Assembly (NCBI GenBank): GCA_964403045.1
Contig: CAYOEP010000002.1
Span: forward strand, 2,452-66,451
DNA: 64,000 nt
DNA from: an uncultured Candidatus Saccharibacteria bacterium
GTDB lineage: Bacteria; Patescibacteriota; Minisyncoccia; UBA6257; 2-01-FULL-56-20
Reading direction: 5' to 3'
How positions within the stretch are numbered: position 1 is the stretch's first letter; each line of letters starts with the position of its first letter. The notes beneath the pieces were generated by a model. It was given only the letters and a program-made list of their open reading frames with translations, was not told where the DNA came from and ran no database searches. The translations under genes were made by a program, and so were the position numbers. Positions 39,394-49,570 of the stretch are shown piece after piece.

Positions 39394-39920
39394 TTGGGGT
39401 GCGGCTGGAGAAAGGGGAAAAAGTTATCGCCGGGGTGCGGCGGCATTGGTTTGCGTTCTTTCTGCAGGTGATTGCGCTCGCGGTTGCCGCGCTGGTTCCT
39501 CTGCCGCTCTTTTTCGTCGCCGCGGCACTCCACCTTCTTGCCGCGCCCAAGGTATGGCTGCTGCTTTTCTTTTTTGCCGTGCTGCTGTGGCTGCTGCTGT
39601 GGATCCTTTTCTTTGTGGCATGGACGAACTACTACCTCGATATGTGGATTATTACTGACCGTAGGATTGTCGATATTGAGCAGAAAAGCCTTTTCCACCG
39701 CGAGGCTTCCGAGTGCTTCATCGAGCGTATTCAGGATATTAAAGTGGAGATGCATGGTATTCTCGCGGCGATTTTAGGGTTTGGCGACATTTCTATTCAG
39801 ACGGCGGGAACCGCCCGCGAGTTTCTGCTACGCCAAGTGTCCCGCCCCGGTGATGTCAAGGAGCTCATTATGCGGCTCTACCAGCAGTCCCGCGATAAGG
39901 GGAGGGGAACTGCGCGATAA
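39390..39920 (+). CDS. Bacterial PH-domain membrane protein (bPH_2 / YdbS-like, DUF304)
   Basis: The N-terminal RRHWFAFF is followed by two TM helices and then a PH-like soluble domain (ITDRRIVDIEQKSLF...). Confidence 0.55.
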   Translation: MIGVRLEKGEKVIAGVRRHWFAFFLQVIALAVAALVPLPLFFVAAALHLLAAPKVWLLLFFFAVLLWLLLWILFFVAWTNYYLDMWIITDRRIVDIEQKSLFHREASECFIERIQDIKVEMHGILAAILGFGDISIQTAGTAREFLLRQVSRPGDVKELIMRLYQQSRDKGRGTAR

Positions 39921-39934
39921 AACACTAAAAGACG

Positions 39935-40693
39935 ATGCGGCACGCTTTTCGTACGACATTTCCAGGCGGCATTGTTGCAGAATTTGTTCCCCCCGCCCGT
40001 CCCTCGCGGAAAGTTGTGGTGCTGTGCGGGGGATTTCCCTCTTTACCGGCGGTGCGGACGCCCCTCTCTCTTTTCGCCCGGCGCGGCTACTGGGCATTCG
40101 CCCCGCGCTATCGGGGATCGTGGGAGAGTAAGGGAAAGTTTCTCGCGCGTTCTCCCGAAGAGGACATCGCCATCCTCCTCCGCGCCATTGCCCGGGAGAG
40201 CTTTTCGGAGGCATGGGGAGGGACAACATTTCGGGTGTCGCGCCCCATCTTCTTTGTAGTGGGGTCAAGTTTTGGCGGCGCCGCGGCGATTTTGCTTGCC
40301 CGGCGCTCTGAGGTTGTGCGGGTGGCAGCACTTTCCCCAGTAGTGGACTGGAAAAGCGTGGGAAAGGCAGAGCCACTCTCGGCAATGGAACGATTTGTGC
40401 GGGAGGGATTTGGCGCGGCGTATCGGATTGCGCCGGGTGCGTGGGAAAAACTCCGCCGCGGGGATTTCTACAGTCCCGCTGCTGCCGCGCGCGAGATTCC
40501 CGGCGAGAAAGTTTGCATACTCCACGCGCGCGATGACGAGATAGTGCCATGGCGCCCCGTCGCTTCCTTCGCGCGCAGGACAGGAAGCAGACTTGCCCTG
40601 TACGCGCGGGGAGGGCATTTTGGCCTCTCGCACCTTGGGAAGCGCAAGCGCTTGCGCGATCGGACACTGCGGTTTTTGCGTTTCGGAAGATAA
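39935..40693 (+). CDS. Alpha/beta hydrolase (dienelactone hydrolase / peptidase S9-like)
   Basis: It has the nucleophile elbow GSSFGG and a C-terminal Asp/His region (ARDDEIVPW...GGHF). Confidence 0.65.
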   Translation: MRHAFRTTFPGGIVAEFVPPARPSRKVVVLCGGFPSLPAVRTPLSLFARRGYWAFAPRYRGSWESKGKFLARSPEEDIAILLRAIARESFSEAWGGTTFRVSRPIFFVVGSSFGGAAAILLARRSEVVRVAALSPVVDWKSVGKAEPLSAMERFVREGFGAAYRIAPGAWEKLRRGDFYSPAAAAREIPGEKVCILHARDDEIVPWRPVASFARRTGSRLALYARGGHFGLSHLGKRKRLRDRTLRFLRFGR

Positions 40694-40713
40694 CAAGGTA
40701 GGATGAGACGGCA

Positions 40714-41019
40714 ATGGAGGCGTGGGAATATGAAATTGACATAAAAAAGATCGCGGGATTTCCCAGCGCAAAGTTCCGCGTGACGGTGAAGGGGGAAACG
40801 CGGACTGTCCACGAAGTATCGCTTTCTGAGGAATACTACCGGTCGCTTGGCGAAGGGGAAGTGCCGCCGGAGAAGCTCATTTTGTTTTCTTTCCAATTCC
40901 TTCTCCGCCGCGAGCCGAATACTGCAATACTTTCCCAGTTTTCGCTTTCAGATATCGCTCGCTATTTTCCCGAGTATGAAAAGGTAGTGCGTACCGCAAT
41001 TGCGCGCGGGGAGTTATGA
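40714..41019 (+). CDS. Hypothetical protein
   Basis: The SD is AAGGTAGGATGAG. No family was recognised. Confidence 0.4.
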   Translation: MEAWEYEIDIKKIAGFPSAKFRVTVKGETRTVHEVSLSEEYYRSLGEGEVPPEKLILFSFQFLLRREPNTAILSQFSLSDIARYFPEYEKVVRTAIARGEL

Positions 41020-41675
41020 TGGGTATTGATATCATCACTCTCCTCAAGGCGGTAGGCTATGCGGGCGTGTTCGGAATTGTCTTCGCGGAATCGGGGGTGC
41101 TTGTCGGCTTTTTTCTTCCCGGCGACAGCCTGCTTTTTACCGCGGGCCTGCTCGGCGCGCAGGGATTTTTTAATATTTGGGTGTTGCTTGTCGTGGTGTT
41201 ACCCGCGGCGATTCTTGGCGACAACGCGGGGTACGCTTTTGGGCGGAAAGTGGGGCCGCTCATTTTTCGCCGCGAGGATTCGCTGTTGTTCCACCGCGAC
41301 CATCTGGAGCGTGCGCGGCGCTTCTATGAACGGTACGGTGGCAAGGCACTCGTGCTCGCGCGCTTCCTGCCGGTGGTGCGGACGTTCGTTCCTATCCTTG
41401 CAGGTGTGGGGAAGATGCACTACACGGCGTTCGTGCGGTACAACTTTCTTGGAGGAGTGCTGTGGGGAGGGGGAGTAACGCTCGCGGGATTTTTCCTCGG
41501 CAGGGCGATTCCTGATATTGACCGCTATCTTCTCCCAATTGTTGTGGTGATTATTGTTGCCTCCTTCCTGCCGCAGGCGATTTACCTCTCCCGGGGGAAG
41601 CGGTACCAGCGCGTGGCGCGCTCTGTTACAAAAAGAACTTCCCTCCTCTCCCAGCGAGGCAGGACAGACACTTAA
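41016..41675 (+). CDS. DedA family membrane protein
   Basis: It carries the DedA/SNARE-associated signature (VFAESGVLVGFFLPGDSLLFTAG...RFLPVVRTF). Confidence 0.85.
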   Translation: MMGIDIITLLKAVGYAGVFGIVFAESGVLVGFFLPGDSLLFTAGLLGAQGFFNIWVLLVVVLPAAILGDNAGYAFGRKVGPLIFRREDSLLFHRDHLERARRFYERYGGKALVLARFLPVVRTFVPILAGVGKMHYTAFVRYNFLGGVLWGGGVTLAGFFLGRAIPDIDRYLLPIVVVIIVASFLPQAIYLSRGKRYQRVARSVTKRTSLLSQRGRTDT

Positions 41676-41724
41676 CATATAACATTGCACAAACAGACTC
41701 CTGAGAAAGGAGGGAGAAGGAAGC

Positions 41725-41898
41725 GTGACTTTCGAGAGTAATAGGATGTCTTGGGATTGCAGGAGGAATGCTCTTCTTGGGGTATGCAAGGTGTGCGAGA
41801 CTGTCGGAGGTATAGATTCTTGCCCTGTTGGGCGAGGTGCGATATTCGAAAGGATTATTCTCATTCTCTTCCACATAGTTAGGGAGAGAGTGAGATAG
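41725..41898 (+). CDS. Candidate 57-aa Cys4 (C-x8-C-x2-C-x8-C) small protein
   Basis: A GTG start follows a strong SD (AAAGGAGGGAGAAGGAAGC). It is below the ORF-track cutoff and no homology is known to me. Confidence 0.3.
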   Translation: MTFESNRMSWDCRRNALLGVCKVCETVGGIDSCPVGRGAIFERIILILFHIVRERVR

Positions 41899-41921
41899 AG
41901 AATGGGCGTGCCCCCACCGGC

Positions 41922-44900
41922 GTGCCTTTTTGTTTTGCCGCGTACGGCTATAATGGGGGCGTGAGCGAGTATACATTCCAGCAGTATTACCGCCGCCTTA
42001 ATCCTTCCCAGCGAGAAGCCGTGGACGCGGTGGAGGGAACAGTGATGGTGATTGCAGGTCCTGGTACTGGCAAGACGCAGGTCCTTACCCTGCGGATTGC
42101 CAATATTTTGCGCAGGACGCAGGCAACACCGGATAGTATCCTAGCGCTTACTTTTACCGAGTCCGGGGCGCACGCGATGCGCCAGCGGCTGGTGCAAATT
42201 ATCGGGAGTCCCGCCTATCACGTGACAGTCGCTACGTTCCACGGGTTCTGCAACGAGATTATTAGAGAGTATCCTGAGTATTTCCCCCGTGTCATCGGCG
42301 CGACTAACATTACCGAGGCAGAGCAGGTGGCGCTGGTGCGGGATATTCTTGCTTCTTCCCGCCTTAGGAAGCTCAAACCCTCGGGGGACGAGTTCTACTA
42401 CGTGCGGCATATTGTCGAGGCAATGAACGAGTTAAAACGCGAAGACATTGCGCCCGATGAGTTTGGAAAGATTGTGGCGCGCCAGCATAAGGAGTATTTG
42501 GCAATTCCGGGAAGAATCCACGAGAAAGGTCCATACCGAGGGAAAGTTAAGGCAAAATTCCAAAAAATCGAGGATCGTCTCGCCCGCAACGAGGAGCTCG
42601 CGAAAGTCTACCGCCTCTACCAGAAAGAACTTGCCCGCCGCCGCCTCTATGACTACAACGATATGATTATGGAAGTTCTCACCGCGCTCCGCTCAAACGG
42701 CGATCTTCTTGCCGCTCTGCAGGAGCAGTATCATTACTTCCTTGCCGACGAACACCAAGACGCGAACAGGGCGCAAAACCATCTCCTCGAACTTCTCTGT
42801 AGCTTCTATGATGATCCTAATTTATTCTTGGTAGGCGACGAGAAGCAGGCGATTTTCCGCTTTCAGGGTGCCTCTCTCGAGAATTTTTCCTACTTCCTTT
42901 CCCGCTATCCCCACGCGAAAGTTATTCATCTTACCACAAGCTATCGGTCTCCTCAGCCGCTCCTCGACGCGGCCCATACACTCATTTCCGCCGGGTTGGG
43001 GAAGCATGTGCCGCTTGCCGCACATGTTTCCCCCGGCTTACGGGAGCCACCTCTGCGTGTTGTTGAATTTCCCAGCGAAGAAGAGGAAGCGCGTGCGGTT
43101 GCGGCTGCAATCCGCCGCCGCCTCAAGGAGGGTATTGCCCCCTCCGAAATTGCCATCCTCTATCGCGACAATAAAGACGCGGCACAGCTTACCCCGTTCC
43201 TGCGGGAATATCAGGTGCCGTTTGTGGTTGAGTCCGAAGAGGATATTTTGGGTACTCCGGTGGCGCGGAAGCTAGTGCTTCTTCTTGAAGCGGTTGCTAT
43301 GTTTGGCAGCGGCGAACAGTTTATCCATGCGCTCCATCTTCCGGAGTTTGGAATTGAGGCGGCGGATATTTTTCTACTGCTCGCCGCAGCGGGCGGTAAT
43401 CCCCGTCGCCTGCTCACTCTCGCGCGTTCTGAGCAACGCCTCCGCGATTGTGGTGTAGCGCATCCACAGCGAATTGTGGCAGCAACAAAGAAGTTGGGAA
43501 AATGGCACTCCCTTGCACAAGTGGAAAACCTTGATATTGTGCTGAACCGCGTTCTTGAAGAATCAGGACTGCTTGCCGCGCTGCTCCACAGTGGCAGTAT
43601 GGAAGACATGGAACGACTTGGACGTCTATTTGACGAAGCGCGCCGCCTTGTGGAGAACCATAAGCGCTACACATTGGAAGAATTTCTGCGGTACCTTGAA
43701 GTTCTGCGCGTGCACCGTATCCCGTTGCAGAGGGAAGCCGGCGAGCACTTACGCAAGGGGAAAGTACGGCTGATGACTGCCCATAAGGCAAAAGGGAGGG
43801 AATTCGACTATGTCTACATTATTGGCGCGTATGACGGGCACTGGGGCGGCAGGAAGTCGCGGCGCTTCTTTCTCCTTCCCACGGAAGGATCGCCAGGATC
43901 TGTGGCGGATGAGGACGAGGAAAGACGGTTGTTCTATGTTGCGCTGACGCGCGCCCGGCGGGCGGTGCAGATAAGCTACGCGCGTGTTTCCCCTGAGGGG
44001 AGAGAACGGATGCCGAGCAGGTTTATTACCGATTTGAAGGATCATATCGCGGTGGAGAGTAGGGCTGCTGCACCGGCAGAGGAGGCTGCGGGGGTGGGAC
44101 GAGCCCGTTTCCAGATTGCGTCCCCGGCGACTTCTGCGAACGCCTATAGTATGTCTATTCTTCGGGAGCTTTTCCTTACGCAGGGGCTTTCTGTAACGGC
44201 ATTGAACAACTACTTGCGGTGTCCCCGCCTCTATCTTTATGTGAATCTGCTCCGCGTGCCTCGCGTGGCCGAGAAAACGCAGCGCTATGGCATTGCGGTA
44301 CATGCCGCACTTCGCACCTTTTTCGACCGCTATCGGGAAGGACAAAATCCCCCTGAGGAATTTCTTCTTGATCTCTTTTGGAGGCATCTTCAGCGCCAGC
44401 CGTTTTCTCCTGAAGACCTTGCGGTATACGGGGAACGCGGGAGGGTGGCGCTCTCGGGATACTACCGCACCTATTTCCCTCAGTGGCATCGCGCAATTCT
44501 CAATGAGTTTCGGGTGCGGGGCGTCCAGCTTACTCCGGAAATTCGCCTTGTGGGGATGATAGACAAGATAGAATTTCTTGATGCGGCAGGGAGTGTGAAT
44601 GTAGTTGACTATAAAACTGGCGTTCCAAGGTCGCGCAGGGCAATTGAAGGCACTACAAAGAGTTCACGCGGGGAGTATAAGCGCCAGCTGGTGTTTTACA
44701 AATTACTATTGGAACGGTCTTCAAAGCGGTATAGAGTGGTGAGCGGCGAGATTGATTTCGTAGAACCTACGAAAAGCGGGAAATATCGGAAGGAACGCTT
44801 TTTGCTCTCAGCGGAAGAAGTGGAAGACTTGGAACGTCTTGTTCGCGAAGTTGCTACCGAAATCCTTTCGGGGGAATTCCTTGAGAAATCTTGCGGCGAC

Positions 44901-44969
44901 CCTCGTTGTAGTTTTTGTGCGCTTTGGGAAGGGAAACAGGTCTCACTGCTGCCGGATGCTACTTGTTGA
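41922..44969 (+). CDS. UvrD/PcrA-type SF1 helicase fused to a C-terminal PD-(D/E)xK nuclease with an AddB/Cas4-like Fe-S Cys cluster
   Basis: Helicase motifs are GPGTGKT, DEHQD, VGDEKQAIFRFQGA, SYRS, TAHKAKGREFDYV and ALTRARR. The nuclease part reads NNYLRCPRLY...VVDYKTG...QLVFYKLLL...CGDPRCSFC. The start codon (GTG 41922 vs GTG 41961) is uncertain. Confidence 0.8.
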   Translation: MPFCFAAYGYNGGVSEYTFQQYYRRLNPSQREAVDAVEGTVMVIAGPGTGKTQVLTLRIANILRRTQATPDSILALTFTESGAHAMRQRLVQIIGSPAYHVTVATFHGFCNEIIREYPEYFPRVIGATNITEAEQVALVRDILASSRLRKLKPSGDEFYYVRHIVEAMNELKREDIAPDEFGKIVARQHKEYLAIPGRIHEKGPYRGKVKAKFQKIEDRLARNEELAKVYRLYQKELARRRLYDYNDMIMEVLTALRSNGDLLAALQEQYHYFLADEHQDANRAQNHLLELLCSFYDDPNLFLVGDEKQAIFRFQGASLENFSYFLSRYPHAKVIHLTTSYRSPQPLLDAAHTLISAGLGKHVPLAAHVSPGLREPPLRVVEFPSEEEEARAVAAAIRRRLKEGIAPSEIAILYRDNKDAAQLTPFLREYQVPFVVESEEDILGTPVARKLVLLLEAVAMFGSGEQFIHALHLPEFGIEAADIFLLLAAAGGNPRRLLTLARSEQRLRDCGVAHPQRIVAATKKLGKWHSLAQVENLDIVLNRVLEESGLLAALLHSGSMEDMERLGRLFDEARRLVENHKRYTLEEFLRYLEVLRVHRIPLQREAGEHLRKGKVRLMTAHKAKGREFDYVYIIGAYDGHWGGRKSRRFFLLPTEGSPGSVADEDEERRLFYVALTRARRAVQISYARVSPEGRERMPSRFITDLKDHIAVESRAAAPAEEAAGVGRARFQIASPATSANAYSMSILRELFLTQGLSVTALNNYLRCPRLYLYVNLLRVPRVAEKTQRYGIAVHAALRTFFDRYREGQNPPEEFLLDLFWRHLQRQPFSPEDLAVYGERGRVALSGYYRTYFPQWHRAILNEFRVRGVQLTPEIRLVGMIDKIEFLDAAGSVNVVDYKTGVPRSRRAIEGTTKSSRGEYKRQLVFYKLLLERSSKRYRVVSGEIDFVEPTKSGKYRKERFLLSAEEVEDLERLVREVATEILSGEFLEKSCGDPRCSFCALWEGKQVSLLPDATC

Positions 44970-45053
44970 CTAAAATCCTGTGTTGTGTTACAACTGCCGC
45001 TGTAGCGTTGGACGAATTACTGCATTGCCGCAGGGCAGAAAAGGAGGAGTAAA

Positions 45054-45284
45054 ATGCCGCACTGCAGGAGGAAGAAGAACGAGGATGAGATTCTTACCAG
45101 CAGGGAGGCACAAGAGCTTCTCAAAATCGGGCGGACTAAGCTGTGGCAGCTCACGCGTGCTGGCGAAATCCCTGCCTATCGAGTGGGCAGTGGCAAGACG
45201 TCATCCCTTCGCTACAAGAGGTCGGAGCTCTTGGAATGGCTCCATGGCAGGCGCATTGGAGGAAAGTCCGAGCGCTGCAAGTAA
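45054..45284 (+). CDS. Helix-turn-helix DNA-binding protein, excisionase/AlpA-like (HTH_17)
   Basis: [51 protein letters not shown] fits the excisionase-type HTH. The SD is strong (AAGGAGGAGTAAA). Confidence 0.6.
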   Translation: MPHCRRKKNEDEILTSREAQELLKIGRTKLWQLTRAGEIPAYRVGSGKTSSLRYKRSELLEWLHGRRIGGKSERCK

Positions 45285-45289
45285 AATAC

Positions 45290-45325
45290 GTGCCCCTCTC
45301 CTCGCCGCAGGAAGGGGCTTTTTTA
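45290..45325 (+). terminator. Intrinsic terminator after the HTH gene
   Basis: GCCCCTCTCC-tcgccgcag-GAAGGGGC followed by TTTTTTATTT. Confidence 0.55.
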
Positions 45326-45354
45326 TTTACATTCCGCCATTTTTATGTTATACT
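45326..45354 (+). promoter_or_regulatory. Sigma70 promoter TTTACA-N17-TATACT, 7 nt before the clpB ATG (leaderless)
   Basis: The hexamers and 17-nt spacer were read directly. There is no SD before ATG 45362. Confidence 0.6.
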
Positions 45355-45361
45355 TGCAATT

Positions 45362-47962
45362 ATGGATAACTTTCAATTTACCGAAAAAGCTGAAGAAGCA
45401 GTTTCTTCGGCCGCGCTCCTCGCGCGGGAGAAGAGAAATCCGGAGGTTACCCCAATCCACTTGCTTGCTGCACTTCTCACACAGTCTGACACGGCGGTGC
45501 GCCCGCTTCTTGCTTCTGCGGGTGCGGATATTCCGCGCCTCACGGAGGCAGTTACTGGATCGCTGCAAAAATTACCTGTAGTACAGGAAGGATCCTATGA
45601 GACGCGTGCGGGTGGCGAGCTGCAGGATGTGCTCATTGCGGCGAATCGGGAGCGCACACAGCTTGGCGATGCGTACGTGAGTACGGAGCATCTTCTCCTC
45701 GCCCTCGCGCGGGGGAAGAATACAGCAAGCGAAGTACTCCGCGCACAGGGGATTTCTTATGAGCTTCTCACGCGCGGCATTCCCAAGGTACGCGGCGGGG
45801 CAAAAGTGACCGACCGGGCGGCGGAAGGAAAATATCGCGTTCTGGAAAAGTACGGACAGAATCTTACCGCCCTCGCGCGTGAGGGGAAACTGGACCCTGT
45901 AGTGGGGAGAGATGAAGAAGTACGCCGCATGATGCAGGTACTTTCCCGCCGTACGAAGAACAATCCTGTCCTTCTCGGGGATCCGGGAGTAGGCAAAACT
46001 GCAATTGTGGAAGGGCTTGCCCAGCGCATTGCGGCCGGTGATGTACCTGCAACCTTGCGCAACAGGGAAATTGTGGCGCTCGATATTGGTTCGCTCCTCG
46101 CGGGCGCAAAGTATCGTGGTGAGTTTGAGGACCGTCTCAAAGCAGTGTTGCGTGAGGTCGAGCAGTCAGACGGGCGCATTATTTTGTTTGTGGATGAGCT
46201 CCATACTGTGGTGGGCGCAGGCGGTGCGGAGGGCGCAATTGATGCCGCGAATATGCTCAAGCCGCTCCTCGCCCGTGGGAAATTGCACATGATTGGGGCT
46301 ACCACTGTGGATGAGTACCGGAAATATATCGAGAAAGATGCCGCGCTTGAGCGGAGGTTTCAGCCTATTTTTGTGGAAGAGCCGTCACCTGAGGACACGC
46401 TTGCAATACTGCGCGGCATTAAGGAAAGGTATGAGGTACATCATGGTGTGAAAATTTCTGATGCGGCACTTGTCGCTGCTGTACGCCTTTCCTCGCGCTA
46501 CATTACTGACCGATTTCTTCCTGATAAGGCGATTGACTTGATTGATGAGGCAACATCGGCGCTCAAGATGGAAATTGAGAGTATGCCGGCAGAGCTTGAC
46601 CGGGTGAAGCGGCGCCTCAGCCAGCTTGCCGTGGAACAGGAAGCACTCAAGGGCGAGAAAGGTGCCTCCTCGGAGCGAATTCAGGAAATTACAAAGGAGA
46701 TGTCCAACCTTCGGGAGCGAGAGAAAGCACTCGAGGAAGAGTGGCAATATGAGAAACGTTTACTGCAAGAGCATCGTAGTCTCTCAGAGCATATTGAGCA
46801 GCTTCGCCTGGAACGGGAGCAGGCGGAACGGGAAGGCAACTACCAGAAAGCTGCGGAAATTCAGTATGGAAAAATTCCCGAAACGGAAAAGAAAATTGCA
46901 GAGATCCAGAATCAGTTGGACCAAATTCCTCCCGAGAAGAGAATTTTACGGGAAGAGGTGACTGAGGAAGATATCGCGCGGGTAGTGGCAAAGTGGACTG
47001 GCATTCCAATTGAGAAGCTGGTAGCGGGGGAGGCGGAAAAACTGCTCCACCTTGAGGAGGAACTTTCCCGCAGGGTGGTGGGACAGAAGGAGGCAATCGA
47101 AGCAGTTGCGCGGGCGATTCGAAGAAATCGGGCGCGACTCTCGCCTCGCCGCCGTCCTATTGGATCCTTCATCTTTCTGGGGCCTACCGGCGTGGGCAAA
47201 ACTGAGCTCGCGCGTGCGCTCGCGGAAGTGCTGTTTGACGACCGTGACGCGATGGTGCGCATTGATATGTCAGAGTATATGGAACAGCATGCCGTAGCGC
47301 GTCTTATCGGCGCTCCTCCCGGTTATGTGGGCTACGATGAGGGCGGACAGCTGACCGAGGCAGTGCGGCGCCGCCCTTACAGCGTGATACTCTTTGACGA
47401 AATTGAGAAGGCGCACCGTGATGTGTTCCACATTCTCCTCCAAGTCCTTGATGATGCCCGCCTTACCGATGGCAAAGGGAGAACGGTAGATTTCCAGAAC
47501 TCCATTATCATTATGACTTCCAATTTAGGGAGCGCGCTGATTCAGGAGTGGAAAGGCGGCGACGAAAGAGCGCTGTTCGCGAAAGTCCAAGAAATTGTGC
47601 GCGGACATTTCCCGCCGGAATTTCTGAATCGCGTGGATCGGGTAGTAATGTTCCACCGTTTGGAGCGGCAGCAGGTGCGGGAGATTGTTGCTATTCAACT
47701 TGAAGAGGTTGCTGCCATGCTGCGGCAGGAGCACAACATCACGCTCCTTGTGAGCGATAAAGTGCGCGACTTTCTCGCAGAGGAGGGGTACGATCCTGCG
47801 TTTGGCGCTCGCCCTCTCCGGCGCACAATTGAAACAGAGCTTCTCGATCCGCTTGCCACTGAGCTTATTGAGGGCAAAATTCGGGATGGGGAGACAATCT
47901 CCGCCGAGCTTGGCAAGGACCATCGCGTGCTCTTCCGCAAGAAAACAGCGCGGAAAAAGTGA
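45362..47962 (+). CDS. clpB: ATP-dependent chaperone ClpB
   Basis: It has the Clp N-domain, two AAA+ modules ([16 protein letters not shown]) and the long middle coiled-coil. The start was taken at [12 protein letters not shown]. The ORF-track upstream extension crosses the promoter and terminator. Confidence 0.95.
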   Translation: MDNFQFTEKAEEAVSSAALLAREKRNPEVTPIHLLAALLTQSDTAVRPLLASAGADIPRLTEAVTGSLQKLPVVQEGSYETRAGGELQDVLIAANRERTQLGDAYVSTEHLLLALARGKNTASEVLRAQGISYELLTRGIPKVRGGAKVTDRAAEGKYRVLEKYGQNLTALAREGKLDPVVGRDEEVRRMMQVLSRRTKNNPVLLGDPGVGKTAIVEGLAQRIAAGDVPATLRNREIVALDIGSLLAGAKYRGEFEDRLKAVLREVEQSDGRIILFVDELHTVVGAGGAEGAIDAANMLKPLLARGKLHMIGATTVDEYRKYIEKDAALERRFQPIFVEEPSPEDTLAILRGIKERYEVHHGVKISDAALVAAVRLSSRYITDRFLPDKAIDLIDEATSALKMEIESMPAELDRVKRRLSQLAVEQEALKGEKGASSERIQEITKEMSNLREREKALEEEWQYEKRLLQEHRSLSEHIEQLRLEREQAEREGNYQKAAEIQYGKIPETEKKIAEIQNQLDQIPPEKRILREEVTEEDIARVVAKWTGIPIEKLVAGEAEKLLHLEEELSRRVVGQKEAIEAVARAIRRNRARLSPRRRPIGSFIFLGPTGVGKTELARALAEVLFDDRDAMVRIDMSEYMEQHAVARLIGAPPGYVGYDEGGQLTEAVRRRPYSVILFDEIEKAHRDVFHILLQVLDDARLTDGKGRTVDFQNSIIIMTSNLGSALIQEWKGGDERALFAKVQEIVRGHFPPEFLNRVDRVVMFHRLERQQVREIVAIQLEEVAAMLRQEHNITLLVSDKVRDFLAEEGYDPAFGARPLRRTIETELLDPLATELIEGKIRDGETISAELGKDHRVLFRKKTARKK

Positions 47963-48021
47963 GCGCGTGTTATCCACATCCCCTTCTTGCGGAAAATGTC
48001 ATTGCGCGCTTAAATAAGGGT

Positions 48022-49095
48022 ATGATGAAAAAAATTGTCGTTAGTTTAGTTCTTTCTCTTGTCGTACTCCCATTGGGTGTACAGCTAGGTCGTCCTCATC
48101 AGGCAGCGGCGGCGCTCCAGGCACCTGCTGCCCCATCTTCCCGCACACTCCCTGTCCTGCAGGGAAGCAAGGGAGAAGGTGAAGAAGGAAGAGTGGCGCC
48201 GGTCACGCCAAACCCTATCCGGAGCGTTCGTCCTATCAAGCCGCAGCCTGTGCCTTCGCCGGTGCCGCCAGTGGTACAGCAGCCGCGCGTTCCGGGTAAT
48301 ATTCGGGTCAAGCCGGTGGAGCGAGAAGAACGCGAGCTTCCCGAAGAAATCCGGGTGCGGCGCGGTGAGAATGTCCGCGAAGTGCGGGAAATAAGAAAAG
48401 GTTTGCGCCACGGTGTTTTCCGGAGGAGCAAAGAAGAGATTGAGAAGATGCGCCAGCTTCGCGAGGAAGCCCGCAAGAGGAAGGAGGAAATACGGAAAGA
48501 ATTCCACAGCCGAATACAGGAGAAGAAAAATGAATTCCGCAAGAAAGTCCAAGAAGAGCGCGAGCAATTGCGAGCGCAGCTGAAAAAGATTCGTGATGAG
48601 CGGAAGCAAAAGATCGTCGAGCGGATTAATGACCGCTTGGCACAAATCAATGAGAATCGCGTTGACCATTTCCTCGAAGTTCTCGACAAGCTGGAAGGGA
48701 TTCTCGACAGAATTGAGGCGCGCGTGGATGCGATTGAGGAACAAGGAGGAGACGTGACGGAGTCGCGCGCCGCGATTGCCGCTGCGCGGGATGCAATTGA
48801 GAAAGCGCGCACTGCGGTGGAAGCGCAGGCGGGGAAGGTGTATGAGATTACCATTAGTGGCGAGGGTACGCTCCGCCTCGATGTGGGGAAAGTAGTGCAG
48901 GAGCTCCGTTCCGACCTTAAAGCAATTCGTGACCTGCTCCGCGAGGCGCGGGACGCAATCCGTGATTCTCTCCACACGGTGATTCGGCTGGTGCGGCAGC
49001 AGCATGAGAATGAGAATGCAGCGGTGGAGGCTACGACGGACCAAGAGCAGAACCAGGGAGCAGGTGAGGAATCTTCAGAAGGAAGCAACCAATAA
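48022..49095 (+). CDS. Secreted highly charged (E/R/K-rich) coiled-coil protein
   Basis: A signal peptide (MMKKIVVSLVLSLVVLPLGVQLG) is followed by a Pro-rich segment and long charged helices. The minus-strand ORFs over it are spurious. Confidence 0.55.
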   Translation: MMKKIVVSLVLSLVVLPLGVQLGRPHQAAAALQAPAAPSSRTLPVLQGSKGEGEEGRVAPVTPNPIRSVRPIKPQPVPSPVPPVVQQPRVPGNIRVKPVEREERELPEEIRVRRGENVREVREIRKGLRHGVFRRSKEEIEKMRQLREEARKRKEEIRKEFHSRIQEKKNEFRKKVQEEREQLRAQLKKIRDERKQKIVERINDRLAQINENRVDHFLEVLDKLEGILDRIEARVDAIEEQGGDVTESRAAIAAARDAIEKARTAVEAQAGKVYEITISGEGTLRLDVGKVVQELRSDLKAIRDLLREARDAIRDSLHTVIRLVRQQHENENAAVEATTDQEQNQGAGEESSEGSNQ

Positions 49096-49180
49096 TCTGC
49101 TTGCTATCAAAGGGCGTTCACAAAGAATTGGTACTCAAAGGTTAATCCCGCCAGTACCATAAAGGTAGAGCACAAATAGT

Positions 49181-49513
49181 ATGGAGAACACTACTCCACA
49201 GCAGCAGCCGCAGGGAACTCCTGGAGGGTTTCAGCCGAGTTCTTCTCCCTCAGAAGAGGGGAAGAAAAAAAGCTCTCTCGCACCGCTCATTGCGATTGTC
49301 GTCCTTATTCTTCTTGTCGTCGTAGGGTATGCGGTGTGGGCGTATCTGAAGGGGCCTCAGGGAACCCCGCAGCAGCCTCCGATACCGCAGGAGCAGCAGC
49401 CTTCCCAGGCCAAGGATGACGTACAAGCACTGGATCAGGAGCTGCAAAATCTGAATCTTGGCAATGTGGAAGCAGATTTCCAGGATGTGGATCAAGACCT
49501 TAACAACCTCTAG
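49181..49513 (+). CDS. Small single-TM membrane protein with Q/P-rich tails
   Basis: The central TM is LAPLIAIVVLILLVVVGYAVWAY. Confidence 0.45.
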   Translation: MENTTPQQQPQGTPGGFQPSSSPSEEGKKKSSLAPLIAIVVLILLVVVGYAVWAYLKGPQGTPQQPPIPQEQQPSQAKDDVQALDQELQNLNLGNVEADFQDVDQDLNNL

Positions 49514-49525
49514 GACTAGGTAAGC

Positions 49526-49556
49526 AAAAACTCCCCGCTATAGGCGGGGAGTTTTT
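49526..49556. terminator. Bidirectional intrinsic terminator
   Basis: AAAAACTCCCCGC-tatag-GCGGGGAGTTTTT. Confidence 0.75.
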
Positions 49557-49570
49557 GCTATTATTCAATT

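Noticed and set aside
45143-45361. Upstream extension of clpB to 939 aa
   Set aside because: The extension overlaps the HTH gene in another frame and crosses its terminator and the clpB promoter. The canonical ClpB N-terminus begins at ATG 45362.
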